Part shown: positions 43,323 to 64,000 of the stretch, piece by piece
Numbering within the stretch: position 1 is the stretch's first letter
Layout of the letters: every line of letters begins with the position of its first letter
Assembly: GCF_009914755.1 (NCBI RefSeq)
Contig: NC_060934.1
DNA: 64,000 nucleotides
Source of the DNA: the human T2T-CHM13v2.0 reference genome, Homo sapiens
Direction: 5' to 3' (one strand)
Made by a program: the position numbers and the translations under genes
Notes under the pieces: model-generated
What the model saw: only the letters and a program-made list of their open reading frames with translations
Told to the model about the DNA's origin: nothing
Databases searched by the model: none

Positions 43323-44024
43323 CTTATTTGTTTCTTCTTACAGTTTTTTTTTCTTCTTATAGTTTTTGTCTTAAAATCTATTTAGTCTGATATTAGTATG
43401 GCTACACCTGCTCTTTTTTGGGTTCCAATGGCATGGAATATATTTTTCCATTTTTTTACATTCAGTCTATGTGTGTCTCTATAGGTGAAGTGTGTTTCTT
43501 GCAGGCAACGGTCAATAGATCTTGCTTTTTCCTCCATTCAGCCACTCTGTGTTTTGATTGGATGGTTTATTCCATTTACATTCAATGTTATTATTGATAA
43601 GTAAGGACTTACTCCTTCCATTTTCTCATTTGTTTTCTGGTTGTTTTGTGGTCTTCTTTCCTTCCTGTCTTCCTTCTAGTGAAGGTGATTTTCTCTGTTG
43701 ATACAGTTTAGTTTCTTGCTTTCTATTTTTTTTGTATCCATTTTATGTATTTTGACTTGAGATTCCCACATGGACTTGCAAATACTGTCTCAGTACCCAC
43801 TATTTTAACCTGATAAAAATGTAACACTGTTTAGATAAACAAACAAACAAGCAAAAATGAACTAATAAAAGTTCTACACCTCAACTTCCTCCACCTGCTT
43901 TTTAACTCTTTGTAGTATCTATTTATATCTTACAGCACTGCCTATTTCTTGAAAAAGTTGTTGTAGTTATTATTTTTGATTGGCTCATCATTCAGCCTTT
44001 CTACATAAGATAAGAGTAGTTTAT

Positions 44025-44322
44025 GGCTGGGCACAGTGGCTCATGCCTGTAATCCCAGCACTTTGGAGGCCAAGGCAGGTGGATCACAAGGTCAGGAGAT
44101 CGAAACCATCCTGGCTAACACAGTGAAACCCCATCTCTACTAAAACATACAAAAAATTAGCTGGGCATGTTGGCAGGCACCTGTAGTCCCAGCTACTCAG
44201 GAGGCAAAGGCAGGAGAATGGCATGAACCCAGGAGGCAGAGCTTGCAGTGAGCCGAAATCGCTCCACTGCACTCCAGACTGGGCGACAGAGTGAGAGTCT
44301 GTCTCAAAAAAAAAAAAAAAAA
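44025..44322 (+). mobile_element. AluY
   Basis: ggtcaggagatcg, ctggctaacac, gcagagcttgcag; A17 tail; 5' TSD AAGAGTAGTTTAT at 44012-44024. Confidence 0.92.
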
Positions 44323-44330
44323 GAGAAATC

Positions 44331-50224
<5,894 letters not shown>

Positions 50225-53200
50225 AAAAAAAGAGTAGTTTATACACAACAATTAGAGTGTTGTAATATTCTGTGTTTTCCTGTGTACTTACTGTTACCAG
50301 TGAAATTTGTATCTTGAGGTGCTTACTTATTGCTTATTTATTTCTTTTTCTTTCTGATTAAAGTACTCCCTCTAGCATTTCTTGTAGGACAGGCTTTGTG
50401 TTGACAAAATCCCTCACCATTTGTCTGAGAAAGTCTTTATTTCTCCATTTTTGAAGGATTTATTTTTATTTTTATTTTTATTTATTTATTTTTTTCACAG
50501 ATACACTATTCTAGGGTAAAATCTTCTTTCCTTCAGCGGTTTAAATATGCCATGCCACTCTCTTCTGGAATGCAAGGTATGCACTGAAAAGTCTGCTGCC
50601 ATACATACTGGAGCTCCATGGTATATCATTTCTTTCTTTTCTGTTGCTGCTTTTAGAATACTTTTTTTTAAAAAATCCTTAACCTTCGGGAGTTTTATCC
50701 TTAAATGCCTTGAGGTAGTCTTCTTTGGATTAAATCTGCTTGATGTTCCATAACCTTAGATACTAATATCTTTCTCTAGGTTTGAGAAGTTCTCTGTTTT
50801 TATTCCTTTGAATAAACTTTCTATCCTATCTCTTTCTCTACCTCCTCTTTAAGGCCAGTAACTCTTAGACTTTCCATTTTGGGGTTGTTTTTTAGATCTT
50901 ATAGCAGTGCTTCATTGCTTTTTATTTTTATTTTTGTCTCCTCTGACTGTGTATTTTTAAATAGCGTATCTTTAAGCTCACTAATTCTTCTTTAGTTTGA
51001 TCAGTTCTGTTATTAAAAGACTGATGCATTTTTCAGCATGCCAATTGGATTGTTAAACTCCAAGATGTCTTCTTGATTTTTAAAAAATTATTTCAATCTT
51101 TTTATTAGCTTTATCTGATAGAATTCTGAATTCTTTTTCTGTGTTATCTTGAATTTCTTTGAGCTTCCTAAACAGAGCTATTTTGAATTCTCTGTCTTAA
51201 AGGTTACATATTTCTGTTTCTTTAGGATTGGTCTCTGGTGCCTTATTTAGTGTATCTGGTGAGGTTATGTTTTCTTGGATTTTCTTGATACTTGTTCATC
51301 TGTATCTGGGCATTGATGAATTAGGTATTTATTGTAGTCCTTGCAGTCTGAGCTTGTATGTACCAGTCCTTCTTGGTAGGTTTTTCAGTTATTTGAAAGA
51401 ATTTGGGTGTTGTCTAAGCTGTATCTGCTTTAGGTGATAATGAAATCTCAGTAATGCTGCAGTTCTTGCAGATTCATTGAGTTACCATCGTGATGTTCTC
51501 GGACAAAATTTTGGAGAATTCTCTGCATTACCAGACAGATGCTCTTGTTCTTTCTTCAAACTTTCTCTCAAACAAACAAAGTCTCTCTCTTTTGAGCCAT
51601 CTGAAGCTGCAGGTGGGTGACACAAGCAACCCTGTGGCCTCCACCACTATGACTGCACTGGTTCAAACCTGAAGCCAACACAGCACCTGATCCCACCCAT
51701 GGGCTTCTGTAACTATGCTTTGTTTAACAACTATCTGTTAGAAAAAAAACAGTCTTGAATAAACAATACCATATGTTTGCTCAAAACCCTAAGGCTCTGC
51801 ACTCAGCAGGTGGCAACGCCAGCCGGGCTTGTGTCCTTCCCTCCAGGATGGTGAGGTCCTCTAGGCCATAGGTGAGTCCAAAAGTCCTGTCAGGACCCAG
51901 GGACTAGAGTCAAAATCTTTAGAAGTATACCTGGTGTTTTGTGGTACTGTGGCTGAGATGGCACTCAAACTACAAGATGCAGTCCTTCCCACTCTTCCTA
52001 CCCTTTCCAAAGGCAGAAGAGTCTCACTCCATGGCCACCACCATGACAGACCCCTGGGAAGTTCTACAAGACTACCACTGATGGTCCATTAAGGCTTAAG
52101 GGCCTCAGGCAGCTTGTATTTAATGCTGCCTGGCCTATAACTCACTATTAGGGAAGTGGGCTCCCCTCTCGTCCTGAACTTTGCACCTCTGTGGCCAGGT
52201 TGGTACCCAAAGCCTGCAAGTCTCAGAGTCTCACTCAAAGTTTGCAATTTAGTATCTTAGTATCACCGTTGATTATTCAGGGCTTAAGGACTATTTATTC
52301 ATCAGGTGATGGATGCTGCTAGGACTGGGTCCTTCTCTTCAACACAGCCTTTCTGGGCCAGAGTTGTCTAGAAATATCATCAGGGAGCTAGGGACTAGAA
52401 CCAGGGCCTCATGACTCTGACTGGTGCCCTATCTTGCTGTGGGTGACTGGGTATCCAAAATGCAAGACAAAGTCTTTTTGACTCTTCTCTCTCCTTGCCT
52501 CAAGTGGAAGGAAAGGATCTCTTTTGGAGCTGTGAGCTGTGCAGCCTGAGGTTTTGGGGAGGGGAGGTGCCAGCACTCCCTTAGCCATCACCAGCTGATG
52601 TCTCAATAGGTCACGTTCCCCACCCACCCTGTCTACTGACTCTGGGCCCAGTTCAGCACTAGGACTCACCTAAAAGTTGGAGTCCTTGTGATCTAGGCTG
52701 CCTTTTAAGAGTATTTAGATACTCTAGAGCATGTTAGCCCATGGGGGAGAGGCTTGCGGGAACTCAAGTTCCATCTCCTGGATTGACAATTCTCTCTTTC
52801 TAGGGCTGGTTTAAATGCTCCATTTGTGGGCAGGTATCAGCTGAGTCTGTTCTGGCTTTCCTTTCTGCTGTAACAGGACAGCACTGAGTTCAATGCCTCA
52901 CAATTGCTGTGTGTTCTCTCCCCCAGCTCTCGGAAATGCTTTCTGCAGCACACAGTAGCTGCAGAGGTAGGGGCAAGAGATGGGGGAGGGATGGTATTGT
53001 TTATTCAAGACTGTTTTTTTTTCTAACAGATAGTTGTTAAATTGGTGTCCTGTCAGGGGGGATGATTATTGGAGCCTTCTATGTTGTCATATTGTTCCAC
53101 CTTCCCTCCAGTATTTTTAAGAGAGAGAGAAAAAAAAAACTTGTTCTGTTTTGATATTTTTTTCTTTTAACTTTTAGTTTGATTATGTTGTAGTTAGTAT

Positions 53201-53279
53201 GAGTGACTCTTTTTGGTTTGGTCTGGTTTGTTAAGGCCTAGTGCATGAATTTAGTTTAACATAGTGGCTTCTTAAAATA

Positions 53280-54585
53280 TTAAAGCCATATATGAAAATC
53301 CGTGGCCAACATTATACTGAACAGGCAAAAGCTGGAACCATTACTCTTGAGAACTAGAACAAGACAAGGATTCCCACTCACACCACTCTTAATCAATATA
53401 GTATTGAAAGTCCTAGCCAGAGCAATCAGGCAAGAGAAAGAAATAAAAAGCATCCAAATAAGAAGACAGGAAGTAAAACTAACTCTCTTCACAGACAATA
53501 TGTTTCTATACCTAGAAAACCTCATAGACTCTGTCAGAGGGCTCGTAGAACTGACTAACAATTTCAGTAAAATTTAAGGATAAAAAATTAGTGTACAAAT
53601 ATTAGTAGCTTTTCTATATAACAATAAATTCCAAGCTGAGAGCCAAATCAAGAATACAATGCCATTTACAAAAGCCACAAAAAATAAAATACCTAGAAAT
53701 ACAGCTTACCAAGGAAGTGAAAGGTCTCTACAATGAAAATTACAAAACACTGCTGAAAGAAATTAGCGGTAATGAAAACAAAAGGAAAGACATTCCATTC
53801 TCATGGATAAAAAGAATCAATATCATTAAAATGACCTTACAATTTAAAGATTCACTATTTTTCTTATTAAACCACCAATGTCATTTTTCCCGTAATTAAA
53901 ATGTCATTTTTCCAGTAATTAAAAAAATTATTCTAAAATTCATATGGAACAAAAAAAGGGCATGAATAGCCAAAGGAACTCTAAGCAAAAGAACAAAGCT
54001 AGGGGCATCATATTAACTGACTTTAAAATATGCTACAAGGCTATAGTAACCAAAATAATATGGTACTGGCACAAAAACAGACACGTAGACCAATGGAACG
54101 TATTATATAACCCAGAAATAAAGCCACACACGTACAACCACATGTTCTTCAACAAAGTCAACAATAACAAACAATGTGGAAAATATTTCCTGTTGAATAA
54201 ATGATGCTGGAATAACTGGCTAGCCATATGCAGCAGATTAGAACTGGCACCCTTCTTTTCACCCTATACAAAAAATAACTCAAGATGGACTAAAGACTTA
54301 AATGTAGACCTAAAAAAAAAAATAAGAAAACTTAGGAAATACCATGTTGGACATCAATTTTGGTGAAGAAGTTATGACTAAGACCCCGAAAGCAATTGTA
54401 ACAAAAACCAAAATTGATAAGTGGAATAAATTAAGGAGCTTCTGCAGAGGAAAAAAAAAAAACAAAACTAAGTATAAACAGACAACCAGAGAATAGGAGA
54501 ATATATTCACAAAAGATGCGTGTAACAAAGCCTGTTATCCAAAATCTATAAGGAAATTAAACAATTCAACAAAAACCAAATCACC
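53280..54585 (+). mobile_element. Older L1PB/L1PA15-like ORF2 fragment
   Basis: ORFs 53302-53577 and 53944-54204 translate to diverged ORF2. Confidence 0.8.
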
Positions 54586-54588
54586 ATA

Positions 54589-56700
<2,112 letters not shown>

Positions 56701-57204
56701 ACAGATGAATGACAACAGAATCTAGGAAGAGATTTCAAATTGCATCCTAGGGTGAGTCTGCTTCTGACAAATTTTTCAAACTGTAATGGTTGCCTCAAAC
56801 TTTTCAAGCTTTTGTTCTGATTATCTATCTACAATGGGGTAAAGAAAAGGGGCCTATAGGTAAAACAGCATGTAACTGATTGGATGAGCCATAGTGACAG
56901 TTAAATAGAAAGCTTTTGTCTAGAAACTATATCTCAGTAAAATCAAACAGGGCATTGGATTGAATGTCTTAGATGGAAGAAAAGAACTAATCTCTGAATT
57001 AAATTAGAGCTTATGGTAGTCAGTGTTTGTATAATAAGAAAAAATAAGTGATCACCAACAGAAGAAGTTTCAAATTGCATTCTAGGGTAAGTCTACAAAC
57101 CACACAAATCCATCCATGTGAACTACATAAATCCCTCAAAATACACTTCTTACTCTTGGATGGAAACAAGCCAGAAAAGATACAAATTTCATCCCATCTT
57201 ATGT

Positions 57205-57380
57205 ATCATGGGGCAAGTTCCTTAGGCTGTCTTTGCATCATTATCCCCATCTGTAAAAAGGAGATAATAAATATACCTATATCATAGGGTTATGTGAGGG
57301 TTAAATGAAATACTTTCATTAGGACACAGCCTGGCATGTAATAAACACTCAAAAGCCAATAGCTATTATTGCCATTATTA
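57205..57380. mobile_element. MIR
   Basis: gggcaagtt...catctgtaaaaaggagataata...gtgagggttaaatga. Confidence 0.75.
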
Positions 57381-57964
57381 CTTGTACAAAAGTTTTGTTT
57401 TTTTTTTGTTTTTGCTTTTCTCCAGATGGTATATTTCTCATTTTAAATCTTCTAACTTCTGGGTGATGGCCAGATTACTGACAGCATTTTTAGTTCATGA
57501 CACTGTCAAGCAAGAATACTTATTTATTGCTCCTAATGTGGCTTGACATTTGGGGACATAGTCCATTAAAGCCGTATTCCTGGTCTTTCTCTGCTCTTCT
57601 ATAGAGGGAGGGGACTGAACTACTGGTGAATCTAAGAGAAGATACTTGTTCATCTTGACACAATTTCTCTTCCCTGTCCTCCTTTCTGCCTACAGAGGGC
57701 ATTCACTGTACTCTGCCTCTCCATGCTCAAAGTTTTACAGGGGCTGGTCGCCTAAGAGACTTGCCTAAATTCATTCAATGCAGCTGGTGGCTGTATAATT
57801 CTCAATCTGCCACTCAGTAGCATCAGGATCAGAATCTAGACCATTTCTAGATTCCTGATATTCAGCCCAGTACTAGAGAGTAATAACAGTGATCGTTTAT
57901 TATCTTCATGCCTTACTCCTGAGCCTGTCACTGAATTTTTCTAAACCTGAGTGGGAAACTAAGG

Positions 57965-59005
57965 GCAAACAGTATTGTATGTTTTGAAAGTGCTAAAAGA
58001 AAAGATCTTAAATGTTCTCACCAATAAAAGAAAAGTAGGTGAGGTGATGGAGATGCTAATTTGCTTGATTTCATCATTCTGCATTGTATGCATATATGAA
58101 AACATGTTGTACCCTATAAATATGTCTAATTCTTATTTAATTAAAAATAAATAATTTAAAAATAAAATGGGCAAAGACATAAATACTTCTCAAGAGAAGA
58201 CATAGATACAGCCAACAAATATATGAAAAATTCCTCATCATTATTAATTATTACAGAAATGCAAATCAAAACTACAATGAGATACCATCTCACACCAGTT
58301 AAAATGGCTCCTACTAAAAAGTCAAAACCAAGGGATGCTGGTGAAGATGTGGACAAAAGGGAATGTTTATATACTGTTGGTGGAAATATAAACTAGCTCA
58401 GCCAGTTTGAAAAGCAGTGTAGAAATTTCCCAAGGAACTTTGAACAACCATTCAACCCAGGAATTCCATTACTGGATATATACCCAAAGGAAAATAAATT
58501 GTTCTCTCTAAAACATGCATGCATTTTATGCATTGCAGCACTATTCACGATAGCAAAGACATGCAATCAACCCAGATGCCCATCAATGCTGGACTAGATA
58601 AAGAAAATGTGGTGCATATGCACAGTGGAATACTACACAGCCATAAAATACAGAAATTATATCTTTTGCAGCAACATGGATGCAGCTGGATGCTGTTAGC
58701 CTAAGTGAATTAATGCAGGAACAAAAAAAAACAAATATTCTATACCCTTATAAGTGGGAGGCAAACATTGAATACACATGGACACAAAGACGGGAACAGT
58801 AAACACTGGGAACTGCTTGAAGAGGGAGAGTGAGAGGGGTGCATGGGTTGAAAGGCTTCCCATCTGGTACTATACTCACTACCTGTGTGATGGGACCATT
58901 TGTACACCAAACCTCAGTGACATCCAATTTACCCACACTACAAACCCACACATGTACATCTTGAACATAAAAGTAGAAATAAAAACAAATAGACAAATAA
59001 ATAAA
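57965..59005 (+). mobile_element. L1MA 3' tip followed by L1PA15/16-like 3' end
   Basis: L1 3' UTR motifs and two A-rich tails (~58150 and ~59000). Confidence 0.7.
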
Positions 59006-60734
59006 TAGCAGAAAAATTGGCCTCCTAGTTCTGTTTAAAAAGTTTTTTGGGTGTGGTTTTAATTTAGGTGAGAGTGACTTTTAGAACTTTAATGTCATTT
59101 TACTTTTTTTGGTCTTAATACATTGTTTATAGGTTTTAGTACTTTTATGACTGCATTATATTTGAATTTTTGGTTTTTTAGTTGAAGACAGACTATTTGA
59201 CATTTTATGGAAGGCTACATGTAAAAATTTAAAGCTTTCGAGAGAATTTAGCGTATCAGGGGATTATTATTATGACTATGAGGATAATGGTAACAGTTTG
59301 AAGTATTTTTTTGGTAAGGATTTTTATGAGCCATGACCCAAATGAATTAAAATCAAATAGATTAAAGAATGAGTTAGATAGTCTATTTTTAAGCAAATAG
59401 CCTGTTAATTTTTATAATCAAATTTTTATAATATTCAATATATTTATGTGTTCCAAGAAGTGTTAGTAATTGGATAATTTTTGTGTTTAGTCAGTAACTT
59501 AGTGTAATTTTATTATTTAATATAACTCTTATAATGGAATTTAAAGAAGTCTGCTATATAGTCATAACCTTTGTAGAGAGGAGTTAACCAATGTTTTGTT
59601 TCTGACTGATTATGGAATAGTGAAGGTACCATTAATTTTTTTGTCCACACTGGCCCTTTGGTTTTTATTTATTAAGGCATAGGTTTGTCTATGTATAAAG
59701 TTGGCTGTGAATATTTTTACAAATAAAAGTATATCCTATGAGTGTGCATAAGACCGCTATTTTAGTTTTAATTTTTATAAAGGCATAAGTAGGAAAAAAT
59801 TGAGAAAGTTAAGAGTTTCTATAATGGCAGAGAAGTCTTGATTTGTTATTTTGGGTAGTTGTCCATGTCTAGGATGTTATCTGTTTTCAGGGAGAAAGAT
59901 TTACTTTAAGATCTGTAATGGGTGTATAGATTTCAGAGTCTGGAGGACCATTTTGAGTTGTGAGATTACAAACATAAGGTTTGAGGTCTTAAAATTTTGT
60001 TATTGTCTGCATGGCAAGGGTAGTCTTTTTTTATGTTGTTTTTAGAAGACCCAAAGTTTAGGTTTTAGATTATCATAGGTAGGATTGTATTTAGTCAATA
60101 GATTATGAAAAGCTTTTTTACATGGTAAAATATATATTATGGCATAATGTATTAGAGTCTCATAATATTTAGTGATATTAGAATATAGGAGTGAATGTAT
60201 ATGAAGTTTTGTTATTAGGGGCAAAGGCCTTTTAGTGACTATTTTATAAGAGGTGAACTTATGTTTTCCACTGGAAGTGGATCTGATTGCCATTAATCTG
60301 TATTGGTTTTTACTAATGCAATCTAATTGATTTAGTTATCTTTATCTAATGTTACCATATTTATAATATTTTATAGCTTGTAAAATAAATACCTTTGTCA
60401 GAAAATATATTTTTCAAAATGTCCCATGAAGAAAACACATTTTTAATAACCTTTTAGTTACTGTTATAGTATGTGTCTTCTTGTATAGGAAAAAGTTATT
60501 ATATAGCTAGAAAACATGTATTGAAAATAATAATTGAATGAAGTATCTCTAAACATGTTAAAATGGATCATTAGATGGTAGAAATGTACCTAAAGTTTTT
60601 ATTTTTTTAGGATTTTTGGATTTGACAAACTAAATATTAATTATAAATTATTTTAGTAATTTAAAACAGTAACTACAAAAATTTATACAATATACATTAC
60701 ATATACATGGATATGTATATTTTATGTACATATT

Positions 60735-61930
60735 TCCTTTGAAGCTGAAGGCTCTTAAGTCAGCTTGTGATGCATGCTACCTGGCCTGGGACTCACCCTT
60801 CAGGGCGTCCCCCATCTTGGATGGTCCAGAGATGCCATTTAAGAGTCAAGTCTTGGAATTGGGGACCCCAAGAGCCTGCTTGGTGCTCCACCTTCCTATG
60901 GCTGCACTTGTACCTAAGGTGCAAGACAAAAAAACCCTTTACTTTCCCTCAGCTTTTCTCAAGTGGAAGGAGTTTCAACCCATAGACACCATAGCTGGTA
61001 ATGTTCTGAATCCCACCTGAAGCCTGCAAGTTTCAGAGGCTTACCAAATGCCCTTGATGTAGTACCTGGGTATTGCTGCTGGTTATTCAGGACCCAAGGA
61101 CTCTTCAGTTAGCAGGTGATAAATGCTTCCAGGACTGGGTTCTCCTCAAGGCAGTGGGTTTCTTTTTGGATCAGGTGTGTCTGGAAATGTCATCTGGGAG
61201 CTAGGGCCTGGAATGGGGGCCTCATGCCTGTGACTGGTGCCCTATCCAGCATGACTAAGCTGGTGTTCAAGGTGTGAGACAAAGTCCTCCCCTCTCTTTC
61301 CTCTCTTCTCTTCAGGTGGAAGGAAGGGATATTTTTGAAGTCACAACTTGTACAACCTGCGATTATGAGACAGGTAACGCCAGCATTCCCTTTGCCACCT
61401 TAACTGGTATCTCAGTAGGTTGTGTGCCCTCCCCACCCCCAGTTTATTGTTTTGGACCCAGTCCAGCCCCAGGACTAACCTAAGAGTTGTAGTCCTTATG
61501 GCCTAGACTGCCTTTCAAGTTTACTTACAGACACAGTGTACTTCAGCCCTTGGTGGTGAGGTTTGTGTTAACTCAAGTTTGGTCCACTGGGATTGGCAAT
61601 TCCTCTCTGGCTGTGCATGGTTTAAATGCTCCCTCCATGGGTGGACATCAGCTGAGTTTTAATCCAGTTTTTCTTTCTTCTCTAACAGGACAGTACTGAG
61701 TTCAATGCCTCAGATTTGCTGTGTTCTCCCTCCACAAGCACACAGAAATGTTCTCTGCACAATGCTGCTACTGTTGAGAAGTGGGGAAGGGGTGATTGGA
61801 GAGTCAAGATTGTTTTTGGTTTTTTTTCTATCTCTTTAGTGCCTCTTTAGTAATACGTAGTTAAAACTGGATACTATGAGGGTTCAACTAATTTTGCCTT
61901 CTCTTCTGCCATTTTGCTCTGCCTTTTCCA
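60735..61930 (-). mobile_element. L1MA/L1M1-type 5' UTR fragment
   Basis: Homologous to 51770-53100 (e.g. gcaagacaa, tttaaatgctcc, taacaggacag.actgagttcaatgcctca). Confidence 0.75.
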
Positions 61931-62754
61931 AGAGAATCAGCATATGGAACATTTTTATTAATTATTCAATTAAGCCTTTTATTTATCTTTTAGAAAGCCT
62001 TTTAAATGATGCAATACACATATTGCACTCTTTAGAAGCTCCTGCATATCAGTAGGTATCCCTGGATGAGACTAGTTTGGAAGCTATCATTTGTAAGTGT
62101 ACTTTTTAAAGTGTAGTGTTGTTCATTTGGAACATTTTATTGTAATTTAATATTTTTAGTAACTGTCAGTTTTGTAAGCATTTATTGTTTTAGGAGCCTA
62201 ATAATTATACATGTATAGGTAGGCATAGCCAGAAGGTAGAGTACTCATTTCTTTAGATATTAAGAATCTTATCTTTATGTTAAATGTTAGCTTTGGCTCT
62301 CAGATTCCTCTTGATCACTTTAGCCAATGATTTTTCCCCACCTAACTACGCACGAAGAAGAAACAAAGGGGATAGGACACACACACAAAAAAAAACTCTG
62401 CAATTTATGAAAACTGAACTTCACACCCTTTTCAGTATTTCCATTTACTGTCAGTTTCTGTAAGACCAAGTCAGGCATTTAAGGCCTCTAACTGCATCCA
62501 AGTCAGTTAAGGATTAAATTTAATCTGAATTTTAATTTAATCCAGTTTTTGTTGTGACTGTTAAACCCAGCTTGGATTAAAAATGTGTTCAAACACAGAT
62601 AGCTCAAAATACAAATCTGTAGAGCTTTGTAATCCAAGAGAGAATTTAACCACAATCCCCAGTAGCTGTGAGAAAGTAATGGACATGAATCAACATGGCA
62701 GGTACCTCATTTGGTCATTTGATGTTTTGGGGGTCACTAAAATACCTACTTTGG

Positions 62755-62772
62755 ATCCCACTTCAGACAACA
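62755..62772 (-). other. Retroviral primer-binding site, tRNA-Leu type (TGTTGTCTGAAGTGGGAT)
   Basis: 16/18 match to TGGTGTCAGAAGTGGGAT, 2 nt downstream of the LTR's terminal CA on the minus strand. Confidence 0.7.
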
Positions 62773-62774
62773 TT

Positions 62775-63176
62775 TGTTAAAATTAAAACCTACAGGCAAA
62801 TTATATTTAACAAAGTTTAACTAGGCAAATAATATTTGTAAATTGGGCAGCTGCTTAAGCTAGAATAGCTTCAGAGCAACTCTGTACTCCCATGTAGTCA
62901 GAGGGGATTTATGGACAGAAAAAGAGAAGTGATGTACAAGAAATGGAAGTGAAGTGCAGAAATAGCTAGATTGGTTACAGCTTAGCAGTTGTCTTATTTG
63001 AACATAGTTGGAACATTTGGTTGCCTTTGATTAGCTGAAACTTGGTAACTGGTACAAGAGTAGGTTACAGTTTGTTTACATGTTCAGGCAGGTCAGAGTC
63101 CACTATCTATAGAGAAACCTTTGGACTGACATTAAAACGTGTAAACAGATACCTGTAGGCTAAACTTGACTTATCA
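62775..63176 (-). mobile_element. MER57 LTR (5' LTR of the adjacent ERV)
   Basis: Minus strand starts TGATAAGTCAAGTTTAGCCTA...AAAGGTTTCTC and ends TTTTAACA. Confidence 0.8.
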
Positions 63177-63567
63177 CAGGTCACTTGTGTTTTGGAACAC
63201 CTACTTGAATTTTCCATTTTCAGGGCAGTTTGCATGAGACAGTACCTGACTTACTTAGAAAAGCCAAAGGGAGAATGCTCTGTTCATAAATGACACTCCT
63301 TCAACCTTCTTCCCTATGCATGCAACTGTGACTCTGATCATGCCTTTTCCTGGAAGGAAAATCACATGAAAACCTAAGAAGAGGCATAATTTGGGCACAT
63401 AAAATCCACATAACTATTTTACAACTTGGAGGAAATTGTCCTTTCTCAAAATTATTTTTACCATTCATTTCAAAATTATCTGTGGGTGGGGGGTGGTAGT
63501 CAATCATACCCTCTTCCCACTTTTCTGCTTTAACTGGGGATATGATTATTTGTCTTCATGGAGGTAT

Positions 63568-63892
63568 AAGTACACCATCCTTTATCTGAAATCCCTGGAG
63601 CCCAATATATTTTCTAATTCAGAATGGTTTGACTTTAAATATATATTGTTATATTTTCTACAGATTTTGGAAACTTCCAGTAATGTGGATGATAAAATAT
63701 AATCAAACATTTTGATATTTCTTTAGAAAAATATTAGTAATTACACAAAGATGGATGAGTAAGGGACATAAATGGATTCATTTCACTTCACTTAAAGTCT
63801 TGGCCTTCAAATAAAATTACAAATAACTTAATTCGCTTTTAATTTTTCAGGATTTTAGTATTACAGATTGAGGATGAAGGATTTCTAACCCT
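63568..63892. mobile_element. MER46C-like Tigger MITE
   Basis: tatctgaaatccctgg...aattcagaat and a matching inverted end near 63860-63892. Confidence 0.5.
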
Positions 63893-63916
63893 GCATTACT
63901 GAAAAAAAAACTTAGA

Positions 63917-64000
63917 TCTGCATTGTCCAACACAGTAGCCATAATGATTCATGGTTATTTAATTTAAATTTAAAGTAATTACAAGTAAAGGCAGTTTTAA
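63917..64000 (+). mobile_element. MER33/MER3-like hAT-Charlie element, start only
   Basis: tgtccaacacagtagcca...tatttaatttaaattt. Confidence 0.55.

Larger units (their letters stand above)
59010..62772 (-). mobile_element. MER57/MER4-group ERV1 internal region, interrupted by an L1 5' UTR fragment
   Basis: Adjoins the MER57 LTR through a primer-binding site; non-coding, A-rich on the element strand. Confidence 0.65.

Overview
Human genomic DNA containing the complete CYP2C8 gene (cytochrome P450 2C8) on the minus strand, with ~29 kb of upstream sequence. The nine coding exons join at GT-AG boundaries: 34354-34521, 32649-32811, 32328-32477, 29918-30078, 23453-23629, 10927-11068, 8007-8194, 4015-4156 and 2246-2427. 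They total 1473 nt (490 aa + stop) and carry the I-helix AGTETT, EIQR and heme FSAGKRICAG motifs. The coding haplotype is reference-like (R139, I264, I269, K399), but the promoter appears to carry the -271A (*1B-type) base. Recognisable regulatory motifs include TATA, FOXA, HNF4A DR1, GRE, ROR-RE, DR5 and the distal CAR/PXR DR4. The rest is mostly transposon-derived: two near-full-length primate L1PA elements, older L1M/L1MA elements, an AluYb8, AluY/J elements, MaLR/ERV1 LTRs, a MER57-type ERV and DNA-transposon relics. The most interesting unexplained structures are: (1) an inverted 57-bp copy of the CYP2C8 core promoter ~600 bp upstream; (2) an upstream L1 whose antisense promoter and intact ORF0 point into CYP2C8, with a splice donor in frame with exon 3; (3) the CAR/PXR element apparently created inside an old L1 by an inverted micro-duplication; (4) an Alu plus a 3'-truncated L1 inside one TSD pair; (5) a strongly C-depleted ERV consistent with APOBEC3 hypermutation. 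Repeat subfamily names and literature site positions come from recalled consensus sequences and papers and were not checked by alignment.
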